Below the pieces are notes generated by a model. The model saw nothing but the letters and a program-made list of their open reading frames with translations. It ran no database searches and was not told the DNA's origin. Position numbers and translations under genes: made by a program. Positions 1 through 10,578 of a DNA stretch of 64,000 nucleotides are shown piece by piece (the stretch's first letter is position 1; each line of letters opens with the position of its first letter). The stretch lies in assembly GCF_011386835.1 (NCBI RefSeq), contig NC_088803.1, positions 11,842,001 to 11,906,000 on the forward strand. The letters are read 5' to 3'. The stretch comes from Chrysemys picta bellii. Its lineage: Eukaryota.

Positions 1-586
1 ATATCTTCTCAGTGCTAAAGGACTCTCCTTTTCTCATTTCATTTTCTGCTCTGTGTTTAGTAGAAATGGTGAAAAAATTACAAAACAAATGAAGTTACTT
101 TCATTTGGTAACTTCAAATTGACCTATTTTTGTCTTTTTCGTGAAATTTTCTATTGTACTTTATTGTTTATTATTCATGCTCATTTTCTACAATTTTACT
201 GAAATTTTGTTCAAAATCATTCTCAAAATGGTTAGCTTGCAGCACATGAACATTGTCTTCCAAAATTAGCTTTTTTAACAACATATTTCATTGCAATTTT
301 GAGTTAAAATGAAAAAAAATCCATGCATATTCACATTAAATGTAGATGAATTTTTGAGATTTTTCTGTGTGTTTCAAGCAGCAGTATATATGATCAACAT
401 TTCTGAAACTTTGATGCCTTTTTCTGGCCAAAATTTCTAATTTCATCCCCCCAGAAAATTGACAAAATGTTTTCAACATTTTTGTGTGTTTCATTTTGCA
501 GTTTTAAGAAACTACTTCAATGGTAGCAGTGAATGGCATTGACATCAAAGGAACTACTCAAGATTTATACAGTTGGATAACTGATC

Positions 587-1582
587 TCAGAACAAGACCT
601 GTATCCCAATTATTTTCTTTGAGAAAATATTTTTTCCTTTCAGCCCATCCCACAACAATCTCCACACAGCACCTTTCACCTCATTGTTCCTCAGGCTGTA
701 GACTATAGGGTTCAAGATGGGGGTGATGGTTGTATACATCAGAGCCAGCACTTTGTTGCTGTCCGGTGAGTTAGTGGACTTGGGTCTTAAATAGATCAGG
801 CCACTGCTCCCATAATACAATATCACCACAATGAGGTGTGAGGAGCAGGTGGAGAAAGCTTTGTGTCTGCCATCAGCCGAAGCCATCTTTAAAATGGTGG
901 AGATAATAACAATGTAGGACACAAGGATGAGAGAAAATGGAGTAAAGTTGACCAGTATAGTAGCTGTAAACAACTGCATTTCATATGAAGAGGTGTCAGT
1001 GCAAGAAATCTTAAGCAATGGGGGAATGTCACAGAAGAAATAGTTAATCTGATTGGACCCACAAAATGGCAAGTTGAAAACCCAGGTTGTCTGTACTAGG
1101 GATACCACGTTACCACTGAACCAAGAGAGAACTACCAATGAAAGGCAGACCCTCCTGTTCATGATGAGTCTGTACCTCAATGGGTTGCATATGGCCACAT
1201 AGCGGTCATACGCCATTGCAGCCAGAAGGAAGCACTCAGAGATTCCAAGGAAGAGCAGGAAGTACATTTGTACAGCACAACCCACATAGGAAATGCTCCT
1301 GTTGTCTGAGAGGAAGTTCACCAGCATCTTAGGGATGGTGACCGAGGTGTAGCAGATCTCCAGGAAGGATAAGACTCTGAGAAAGAAATACATAGGGGTT
1401 TGAAGGGCTGTGTCTATGGTGATGAGGATGATGAGGATGTTCCCCATCAGGGTAATCAAGTAAATTAACAGATAGATGGAGAACAGAGGCACCTGCAGCT
1501 CATGGTGGTTGGACAATCCCAGTAGAATGAATTCAGTCACTGTGGTGAGGTTCCCCATTCTTGATTCCTTTGCATATTTCAT
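587..1582 (-). CDS. Olfactory receptor, class II, family-10-like (OR-A), 331 aa, intact
   Basis: Open 331-aa frame with OR motifs: N-glycosylation site [51 protein letters not shown]. The ATG directly follows a splice-acceptor-like tctcccacag. Orthology cannot be assigned by eye. Confidence 0.96.
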   Translation of the reverse strand: MKYAKESRMGNLTTVTEFILLGLSNHHELQVPLFSIYLLIYLITLMGNILIILITIDTALQTPMYFFLRVLSFLEICYTSVTIPKMLVNFLSDNRSISYVGCAVQMYFLLFLGISECFLLAAMAYDRYVAICNPLRYRLIMNRRVCLSLVVLSWFSGNVVSLVQTTWVFNLPFCGSNQINYFFCDIPPLLKISCTDTSSYEMQLFTATILVNFTPFSLILVSYIVIISTILKMASADGRHKAFSTCSSHLIVVILYYGSSGLIYLRPKSTNSPDSNKVLALMYTTITPILNPIVYSLRNNEVKGAVWRLLWDGLKGKNIFSKKIIGIQVLF

Positions 1583-1810
1583 CTGTGGGAGACAATAAAT
1601 ACCCAGCTATCATGTGAAGAAGTGACCTACTGCAGGAAATAAGGAGAAATAGTCAAAGGCACACATTCTCCAATGGACATTCTATGAGAGTTGGGGGTCA
1701 TGTCCTCAAAGATATTTCAGTGGCTCACAACCTTTGATTTCTATGGGAGTTAGGCACCTAAATCCCTGTAAGGATCTGTACCTGGGTGTTTTACTGCCCC
1801 ATGTGCATTT

Positions 1811-2480
1811 TGTTGGTGATGGTAATGCAGCATTAAGGTCTGTATATTTGCCTGAGATAGACTTTTGGGTTTTGTTTGACCATTTGAATTTTGAGGTCTT
1901 TAAAACACAATTGTTTATGTCTTAGTATCATGTGTGAGCAAAGAACAAGGACACCATATGTTGCTTCTGCCTAGCCAGTTGGAGTTACAGCCCGATAAGA
2001 AAAGATAAGGAATCGAGTTAAAGTGTTGCTGGGCGGTTGATATACATATGTAGAATTCCTTTCCCAAGACAAGGTCAAACAACCAGTTGGAAGGGGTGAG
2101 GTGGATGGGCGGAGGTATAAGAAACACCAAAAGCCAAAGAAATGGTGACCCTGGCTGAAACACAACTTCACTCTCTACCCCTCCCATGGGATAAAAAAGA
2201 GGTGGTACTGAAACCTCCCGACTCACGACCCTCCAAAACAGAACATGACCATAAATTGTAAGGGGTGGGACCAGGGTTGTGCACAAGAGGCATAATTAAG
2301 CCTGCTTAGAAGGAGGAGGTGGGAAAAAAGATCAAATAAAGCTCTACAGGTGTACAGAGCTGTGGATTATGCTTGCTTGGTAACCCCAGTAAACATCGCA
2401 TTGCCTGCACTTTGGACTCCGGCCTTCTGCTTTCTGTCTGCATGACAAAAGCCAAGGGAGGCTGAGGGGAAGCCCTAATA
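1811..2480 (+). mobile_element. Solo LTR (ERV-like), present in duplicate copy 1 only
   Basis: Starts TGTTGG and ends ...CCCTAATA (degenerate TAACA), with an imperfect 5-bp TSD cattt/ccttt. Its 3' end matches the reverse complement of LTR ends at ~35229-35345 and ~49977-50105. Absent from the paralogous region near 11.8 kb. Confidence 0.7.
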
Positions 2481-5400
2481 CCTTTGAAAATGTTCCCCCA
2501 ATGTCACTGCGGCAAATTCTTCCTTCACTTCACCAAGTGCAAATCTCCTTTAGGCTCCTTCCAAAATCCCCGTCTGTGTTGGCTGGCATTTCTGTATTCT
2601 AGATGTGGCCAGAAAATGAGAGAAAATGTCTCAAGGGAAAGTATCACCCCCACAAAGTTCATTGTTTCTGTGTAAAAAATCAGGACTTCCTGGAATGTGC
2701 CTTTCAGACAGACAGACTCACAGACAGACCAATAGAAAATCAGACAGACACACAGGGAGACCAATAGAAAAACCCATAAGCCAATAGGCAGATTGACCAA
2801 TAGACTAATGGGTAGATGGATAAATTTCACTAAACTGTTTCAATTTTATCCTCTTTCAAATTCCTTTAACCATCCCATCTTCTTTCCTGCTACATTAAGC
2901 ATGCACAGTGATTGATTGTTGGTAATACTAAGAAATGGATTGACTACACTGTGTTCTAATTGGAACACTGCATAGACTCGCAGGGGACACAGATCAGCAA
3001 AACTACTTTGAAGTAGATGGAGCTACATTGATTTGCACAATGAGTATTTTCCCTCTTCTCGGTGAATGCGAAAGAATAATACTGAGATCCTGCAAAAAAA
3101 ACCAAACTTTCCTTTCAACATGACAGGTGGAATTTTAATGCACCTAAGGGCTTTATACTAAAATGTCAGCGAACATGGGCATGCTGTTTCATTTCTTTTT
3201 GCCTTTGTGTCTCCACCTATAAAAAGGGATGATGACTTTTACTTATCCCTCAGCACAGTGTGGGGCTAATTTCATTAATGTTTATAGTACCCTTTGAGTT
3301 TCTGAGATGACTGTTCCTATGGAAATTCAAAGTGACATTCTTATAATTGAATCAAAGATGTTCCCAAATAACTGTTGATCATTCAAATTCAAATAGAATT
3401 GATTATGGTTTAATAATATATGGACCAAAGCCCATTTTGATTTTGGGGGAGTGGGGGTTAAAGAAAAGGCTAATAGAAAACCTGAGAGAGTACAAAAGAG
3501 AGGTAAAAAGTCTGATTCTTTTTTGTTTGGGTAGGAAATTAAAAGATCTAAACTATGAAGAAATTTCCAAAGACCTGCAGTATGCGACTGCAGGATTTTA
3601 AGGAAATGTGACAACTGTGTATAGAGAAGGAGAGGGAAACTAAAAAAAAGCAGAGTTGGTTAAAAATTTTCAGAGGAATTTTTTTCCTAAGAAAATGCCG
3701 ATTAAAGAAAATCTAAATATTTAGCTTTCATGTTCTCATTTTGTCTTAATTGTCTATGGGAAATTGATCAGGTTGAAATGTTTTGTTTCAGGTGTATAAT
3801 TTAAACAATAATATAGTCAAAACAATAAAGTCAACATGAAATGTTAAACCTTGTTTAACGCCCCTCGCCCCCCAACATATTCACCTTATAGAAATGCGAT
3901 ATTTCCGAATATTTTGTTTCACAAAAAAGCCCTGAGATTTTGACTTTTTGGTCTGATCTGGGATTAAACCAAATTTTGAACTGTATGATCTTCTGGGACA
4001 GAAATTCCATATTTTGACCACCTCTGAGAAATGTATGAGGCATTGTTCCTATTCTTATTTGTAATTATAATAATGATAAATAACTAGGCAGTAATTTGAG
4101 CCCTTGCTGATTAGATTTTGACTTGTTCCATGAACAGTTTCACAGATACCAATGTGACTATTTACAAAACAAGATCCCGTTCAATGTGAAGGTGTCACTA
4201 TGTGTCCCCTACCATTTATATAGCACCTTCCAGCAGAGGACCTCTGAACAACTAACATCAGTTATGTCAGCCTCACAATTTCAGGCTGAGGTAGGTTGGA
4301 CTTTTGCAGATGGAGAGACTGAGACACAGAGAAGCAAGAAGTGATTCTCTTCTAAGGTCACACAATTAGTTTGTGGCAGGGGCAGGAAGAGATTCTAGTC
4401 TCATAAGTTTCCCTGGTTTAAGCACAGAATTGCCCCTGAATATACCCTATAAATATGAGATTATACAGCTCTGCAGAAACCCAATGATATGACTGATCAA
4501 ACTACATAGATGGGGGCCATGTCTATAGAGAGAGACAGACAAACTGTTCATATCATGCACCCACCTCCACAACCATCAATCCAGTCCCATTTGCTGGTTC
4601 TCAAGAGGCTCTGTTTTGAAGACACCTGCAAAGGCTGCATGAGTACAGAGACTTTAGAGACCACAGCCTGGATTTCGGGAATAGAACATCTATCAGATGT
4701 CACATAAAGCCAAGGGCTATGATCTAGCAAACTGCCACATGAGGAGTCTCATTCATGTGTGCATTTGCAAAAAATGATTCCTGGATAAATGTATGAGAAA
4801 GCAGACAATCCAATCAAGTTGCTAAACACCTCTAAAGTTAAAGAATTAGGAAGTTCGGTGTTTATGATATGATCAGTCAAAATTAAAATGTAATTGGCAA
4901 TGACCTAATTCAGTGTCCAAAATCTCCAGAAATCACTGTTGGCTTAGTGAAACAGGGAACTGAAAAAAATAAACTAAATACAAGGACAAAAAAATACTTC
5001 ACCATTAGTGTTAATTCTACACACTCTCTTTCTACAAATAAAGTAATAAAACGTAATACAAACTCCTAGTTGCTTTAAGTTAATTATCAGGTACTGGTAT
5101 ATCTTGCCACATTCTGCCTATACAGAACTATCTCTGACTCATTTTCTTGAGTTGTATGTTCTGGTTTGCATTGCTTGTGGGACATGTTTTATTTATTTAT
5201 TTATATTTATTTGAAATGCATTAATGCCTAGGAGCCCCGAGCATGGATCAGGACTCCATTATGTTATACTCTTGACAAACCCTGAACTAAAAAAGACAGC
5301 CCTTGCCCCAAAGAACTTGCAGTCTAATTACATCATTTCCCAATCTGTATACCTGTTGATAGATTTTACATTACTATACAGAGCCCTGGGGATGGCTAAT

Positions 5401-5660
5401 GTCAAGAACTTCCAAAGATGGGCATCTATTTAATTGCAGTTTTAAATTTCTTTAGGAAAGCAAGAAAAATAAATACTAAGGGGACCAATTCCCAGCAGGT
5501 GAAATTTCTTTCTTTGAAATGACGCCACTTGAGAATCTTCCCCAGGTTTCTATACAGAGACAGTTCAAGTCAAGGGAGCAAAAGCAACATGCCCTCAGAT
5601 ATGTTTTCAGTCCATACAATAGTGAACGCCAACCGGAATGTAGCTAGATCCAAAATAATG

Positions 5661-5800
5661 TCCTCCTACCTCCGGGTTTCTCTGCTCAGCTCTCTGCAGA
5701 ATGAATGTGCTGATATCTATGGTCTATTTCAGTCCCCTTATATGACCTTTGGGGTGTAATTATGCTGCATCCACTGTGCCCAACACACTGGGGGATTTAC
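5661..5800 (-). promoter_or_regulatory. Candidate OR promoter / 5' non-coding exon for OR-A (paralogue 14870-15030 for OR-B)
   Basis: On the minus strand in both copies: homeodomain site TAATTA adjacent to an O/E(EBF)-like site, and a donor-like GAG|GTAGG about 90 bp downstream. A TATA-like CATATAA is present in copy 1 only. Confidence 0.35.
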
Positions 5801-6081
5801 ACCCATGTATTCCCACTGTGTCTCTTTAATTGGGAGGAAAAAGTCTGCAGCATAAGGATTTTCAGTGGAAACTTTTGTCTTTTTTTTGCTTGAGAGTTCC
5901 TGGAGTTAATTCTCATTCACATTATAGAGACTTCATGTGGCTCTGTGAATGTAACTGAGCCTTGGGGTGAATGTCAATGTCATTTATGTCCATTTTCCGG
6001 CCCTTTTCATACTGCTAGAATGGTACAAAGCAGCTTCTGTGTCAATGAGGCTCAGGTCAACTAAGCTGAATTCTACTCTAA

Positions 6082-6367
6082 GGCCTTGGCTACACTTACC
6101 CGGTAGTTCGGCGGCGAGCGATCGAACTTCTGGGTTCGACTTATCGCGTCTAGTCTGGACGCGATAAGTCGAACCCGGAAGTGCTCGCCGTCGACTGCGG
6201 TACTCCAGCTCGGCGAGAGGAGTACCGCGGAGTCGACGGGGGAGCCTGCCTGCCGAGTGTGGACCAAGGTAAGTTCGAACTAAGGTACTTCGAACTTCAG
6301 CTACGTTATTCACGTAGCTGAAGTTGCGTACCTTAGTTCGAATTAGGGGGGTAGTGTAGACCTGGCC
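6082..6367. mobile_element. Young PIF/Harbinger-type MITE, 286 bp
   Basis: Imperfect TIRs GGCCTTGGCTACACT / AGTGTAGACCTGGCC, TAA target-site duplication (6079-6081, 6368-6370), intact CpGs and three internal hairpins. Absent from the paralogous site near 15480. Confidence 0.85.
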
Positions 6368-6370
6368 TAA

Positions 6371-6609
6371 GGCTTCAGCTACACTAGAAGCTGGGGGAGT
6401 GGCGGCAGCACAGTCTAGCTGAATGAAGTATGTGCCCTTGGGATCTGAGTGGCTTTGTACTTGAGGTGACTAGCACATAGCCATTTGCCGCTGTCTGTGC
6501 TACTGTGGCTACACTTCTATTTTTAGAACGCTAACTCAATGACAACTCAGTACAAATATGTGTACACGAGCTGGGAATCACACCTGTAGCTCCAAGGGCA
6601 GACGTAGCC
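6371..6609. mobile_element. Older Harbinger-type MITE (paralogous copy at 15480-15707)
   Basis: Termini GGCTTCAGCTACACT...GACGTAGCC flanked by TAA. The same element is present at the orthologous position in duplicate copy 2. Confidence 0.7.
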
Positions 6610-8639
6610 TAAATTACACAGGTGTGAATCTAGATTAGGGCCTCGTATTGCAAACCCATGAGTGTGATCCAGTGAGAGACACCTGTTGGCTTCACAGGGC
6701 TTCAGATCTGGCCTTCAATGGAGGGCTCAAGTATAAAAGCTATGTGGATAGCTTTTACGTGATAGTGACTACACATAGTGGGAAACATTACACCGGGTAG
6801 ATAATTTTCTCAGATTCCTGGATTCCAAGGCCAGCAGGGGCTGTTGTTATCATTTAGTCTGAGCTTCTGTATAACCTGGACCAGATAATTCTTCCAAAGT
6901 GATTCCTCTTTGAAAAATAGTGTATTTTAAAACAAAACAAAGCAAAGCATCCAGACTTGTTTTCAAAATGGTCAGTGCCCTTGTCATGCAAACACTTCCT
7001 ACCAAACTTTGGCCTCATTACAGCAAAGCATTTTAGCACATGTCTCACTTTAAGCCTGTGAGTAGTCGCTTTAAAGTCAATGGGAGTTTAACACATGCTC
7101 AAAATATGCCACTGAAGCATCAGCTGAAGGGTCATTGACTTCAGTGAGGCTACTCATGCTTAAAGCTCAACACGCAATTTGCCAACTCTGGGTAATAGTC
7201 CTCCTGTATATCTAGGTAATTCTGTGGTCCTGACCATTGTAATATAAGCACCTTCACAATAATGAACAGATTTTATGCTAACCGCACCCCTATGAGGGAA
7301 GTCAATATTATTACCAGACATAGGTGAAAAACAAGGTATGTTTGTGATGATATATTGCTTGAAACAGGAGGTGGTATAGTAGGAGAGTATGCGTCAGTTT
7401 GCTGCTTTCTCTTATTATGCATGACCACTGAACAATGAGGAAGAATAACTAATGCATCCAAGATCACCCAGGGAGTCTGTGGCTGAACTTGGAATGTAAC
7501 CAGGTCTTCTGAATTCCACTCCCATGCCTTTTAATTGATTGAATATGAGGGTTCTCCACCATAACTTACTAAATGAAAGATAGGGACAAATATGACTATT
7601 TTAACTGTTTTCCAACTGGAGAAAAATTAGAAAAGGAGACAAAATATTGGATAAAATCTCTTCTGCACACTCTTTTTATGGTTTAAAGCAATAAAAGTAT
7701 GTGATTAGCATATTGTCATTGAAAGTCAATGGGATTTGAGCACCTAAATGCCTCAAGCTCCTTTGGAAGCTGAGCCATAATTGATACACTGTAGAATGTT
7801 ATTAGCTAAATTGGAAAAGTAAAACAAACATCACCAGCAAATCTCTGTCAAATTATGGACCATTTGACACCCACCATGGCAAAGGTGGAACATTCCTGTC
7901 CGTTACAGCTGTGATTCAAATTCTGGAAGCGCTAGGCATCTGTGTGCTGCTCTCATGTGAAATGTTGACTTCAATGAGGGGCTCTGATCTGGGTGTAATT
8001 TCTCTTAAAATAACTCTTGCTTCTGCTCATCCTACCTGAAGGATCGATGAGATTTGGGAGGTAGGCGATCCTGAGTTTGACTGTTATGCCCTAGTGACTC
8101 AGGTGGGAGAGGCATTGATTAAAGAGAACAACTACAAGCTATAGGCAAACAGTTTCCACACAGCTTCAGTTTCACCTTTGTTTATCTTCTTTACCAGGAA
8201 TCTAAGTTTGGTGGGAACAGAGGTAGGCCAATGTGGACACTTTTGCTTATACTCCATGCTTATACTCTGAACATTACTCCAAACTATGGCTTTGTTAACA
8301 CATGAAAGTTGCATTGGTTGAACGTCAATGATTTTCTTGCCTAAAACTGGTGCATAAGCCTGTGTGGAAACTCTTATTTCAGATTAGAAATTGTATATTT
8401 AAGTTTCAATTAAGCCTTTGGCTAAACTGAAATAAGTCTGGCTTAAACCAAAATAAAAGCACCCGCAAGCAGTTGACATTAGTTTAACCAAATCAGTTTG
8501 AGTTCACAGCTGAGGTCAAAAACGCATGCAACTATCTCTTGTGTACTAGTCCCAATGGATGACTCCTTAATCTCATTTAGAAGACACCTGTTCTTTTGGA
8601 AGAAAAGATACTTCCTGTATCCCTTGGTATATTTGATTC

Positions 8640-9418
8640 ACACAATTGTTGTTAGATGTTAATAGATGTTTGTCTGCATGTGTGTGTTCCCTCTGTGTGT
8701 CGCCCCAGTCCTGCGCAGACAGCTGGCATGGCAGACCTTGAGCAACCTGCCCAATGACCACAAGATCCGTTAATGGATGAGGGCACCCAGCCAGTTTTAT
8801 TGTCAATGAAGCATGGTACTAGTATCCCGCAGACTCTACCGGACCGCTAACACGTGTATGACCATAACAATGGACCAGCTCGGTGAATGGTGGGACTTTC
8901 TGTTCCTCCCTAGGCTAGACAAAGATACTCCCTCTGAGATACATCTTTATAGCACGATACAAACAAGTTTCATACTGCCCCTGTGGCATAGTTACTGTCC
9001 CTTGACATGGGTAGTTATCACCCATCACTTTGTACATGTTGGTTCAAACAAAACATCTCTATTATTTACTGTCATCCTGACCTTATCTTTAGCCAGTGTC
9101 ATTTAGTCAGGGTCAGTGTTTTCCTGTTATCCTTGGGGGATGTTTTTGTACTATCCTCTATATTGGAATGTTCTAGTACCACTTGATATTGGGATGTGTT
9201 TGTGTGAATGCTCTGTGCCTAGCACATCTTAGGAATGTGTATTCCAACAATAACAGCCCTGTTCTTGACAGATTCTGTGAGCAGGTCCTGCCCCTTGCTC
9301 ACAGCATGTCTTTGCTTTATACCAGTAAAGCTTTGACTACTGCTTTAGCCCAGGCCTCCAGCCTCATACCAGGCCTCTGAATGAAGGGCTTATGTCTCAG
9401 GCTCTCTTCCTACTGCAA
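8640..9418 (-). mobile_element. Solo LTR-like element (related to ~53150-53750); boundaries approximate
   Basis: Shares blocks such as TTTATTGTC(A/G)ATGAAGCA (reverse-complement AATAAA), GATACAAACAA and AAACAAAAC(A/T)TCTCTATT with the element near 53.2-53.7 kb. Confidence 0.55.
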
Positions 9419-9606
9419 TAACTGTTTCTGCTATTTTCAGTGCCTGGATACACCCTTTGCTGATTGAGCACCACTGGAACAGAAACAGAGAAAGGTCAAG
9501 ATTTTGCCAACCTTATTTACGTTGAACAATATGTTCTCCTTTAGGATAGTCAATGAAATCAGGGAAGCTGCTTGAATGGAGTTACACCTGCTTCCAGAAC
9601 ATAATC

Positions 9607-9937
9607 TTGTTTGCCATTAGGATCTTCATAGGGTGGACACTATTCCTGTGTATAGTCCTGTCCTATGTGTACATCATCTCCACCATCCTGAGATATGCTC
9701 TACGAAGTGGACTCTGAAACTTTTTCCACCTACACATCTCACCTGACCATCCTCCTCCTGTTCTGCATCACCTATGTTGGGCCCATCTCCAGCTTCTTCC
9801 TTGATAATACAGGGTGTTGTCCATGGTTTACAACACAGTGACCCCTCATCCTGAACCCATTGAGCTACACCCTGAAGAACCAGGATGTGAAAGTGGCACT
9901 GAGAAAAGTCTTGATGCGGAAATTGTATTTGCAATGA
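9607..9937 (+). pseudogene. Olfactory receptor pseudogene fragment (TM5-TM7), OR5V-like
   Basis: Translation across stops and frameshifts gives LFAIRIFIGWTLFLCIVLSYVYIISTILR..., TFSTYTSHLTILLLF, GPISSFFLD..RVLSMVYNTVTP, ILNPLSYTLKNQDVKVALRK. The N-terminal half is not recognisable. Confidence 0.85.
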
Positions 9938-10370
9938 AATTGCCAATGCTTTTCTGAAGGCTCTGTGAATATCACCTGGGAACTAAGGTACTCTCCTTTT
10001 CTTATTTGGTTTTCTAGTCTCTGTTTAGTAGAAATGGTGAAAAAAATTACAACAAAAAATTGAAATTAGCATCATTTGGTACCTTCAGATGTTCCCAATT
10101 TCTTTATTTTTAGCGAAACTTTGTATTGTACTTTATTATCTATTATTTACATTGATTTTCAACAATTTTACATAAACTTTTATTCAAAATCATTCTCAAA
10201 ATGGTTAGCATACAGCACATAAACATTGTTTTCCAAAATAAGATTTTTAAACAGAATTTTTCATTGCAATTTTGAGCTGAGTTGAAAATAATCCATGCAT
10301 TGCCATGTGAAATGTAAATGGGTTTTTGTGATTTTCTCTTTTTGTTTCAAGAAGCTACAAATATGATAAC

Positions 10371-10459
10371 AACAAGGAGTCTGGTGGCACCTTAAAGTCT
10401 AACCAGACTCCTTGTTGTTTTTGTAGATACAGACTAACACGGCTACCCCCTGATACTTG
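10371..10459 (+). mobile_element. Short Penelope-like element insertion with 5' inversion
   Basis: Turtle PLE-type tail (...TTTTTGTAGATACAGACTAACACGGCTACCCC...GATACT). Perfect 17-bp inverted repeat (10368-10384 / 10403-10419). Flanked by a 14-bp direct repeat ACAAATATGATAAC. The empty site is seen in copy 1 near position 390. Confidence 0.7.
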
Positions 10460-10578
10460 ACAAATATGATAACCATTTCTGACACTTTGATGATGTTCTT
10501 TGGCCAAAATTTCTAATTTAAATTCAAACAAAAAATTGACAAAACATTAACATTTTCATGTGTTTCATTCTGCAGTTT

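Larger units (their letters stand above)
1..8130. repeat. Segmental duplication copy 1 (paralogous to ~9968-17530)
   Basis: Colinear similarity throughout, e.g. 1-100 vs 9968-10070, 4420-4560 vs 13670-13820, 5500-5800 vs 14720-15030, 7920-8130 vs 17320-17530. The left boundary lies outside the window. Confidence 0.93.

Noticed and set aside
1141-1270. Possible gene conversion between OR-A and OR-B (about 4 differences in ~128 nt)
   Set aside because: This is the most constrained OR segment (TM3/MAYDRY), and some non-coding blocks are also ~88% identical, so purifying selection suffices. A formal test such as GENECONV would be needed.
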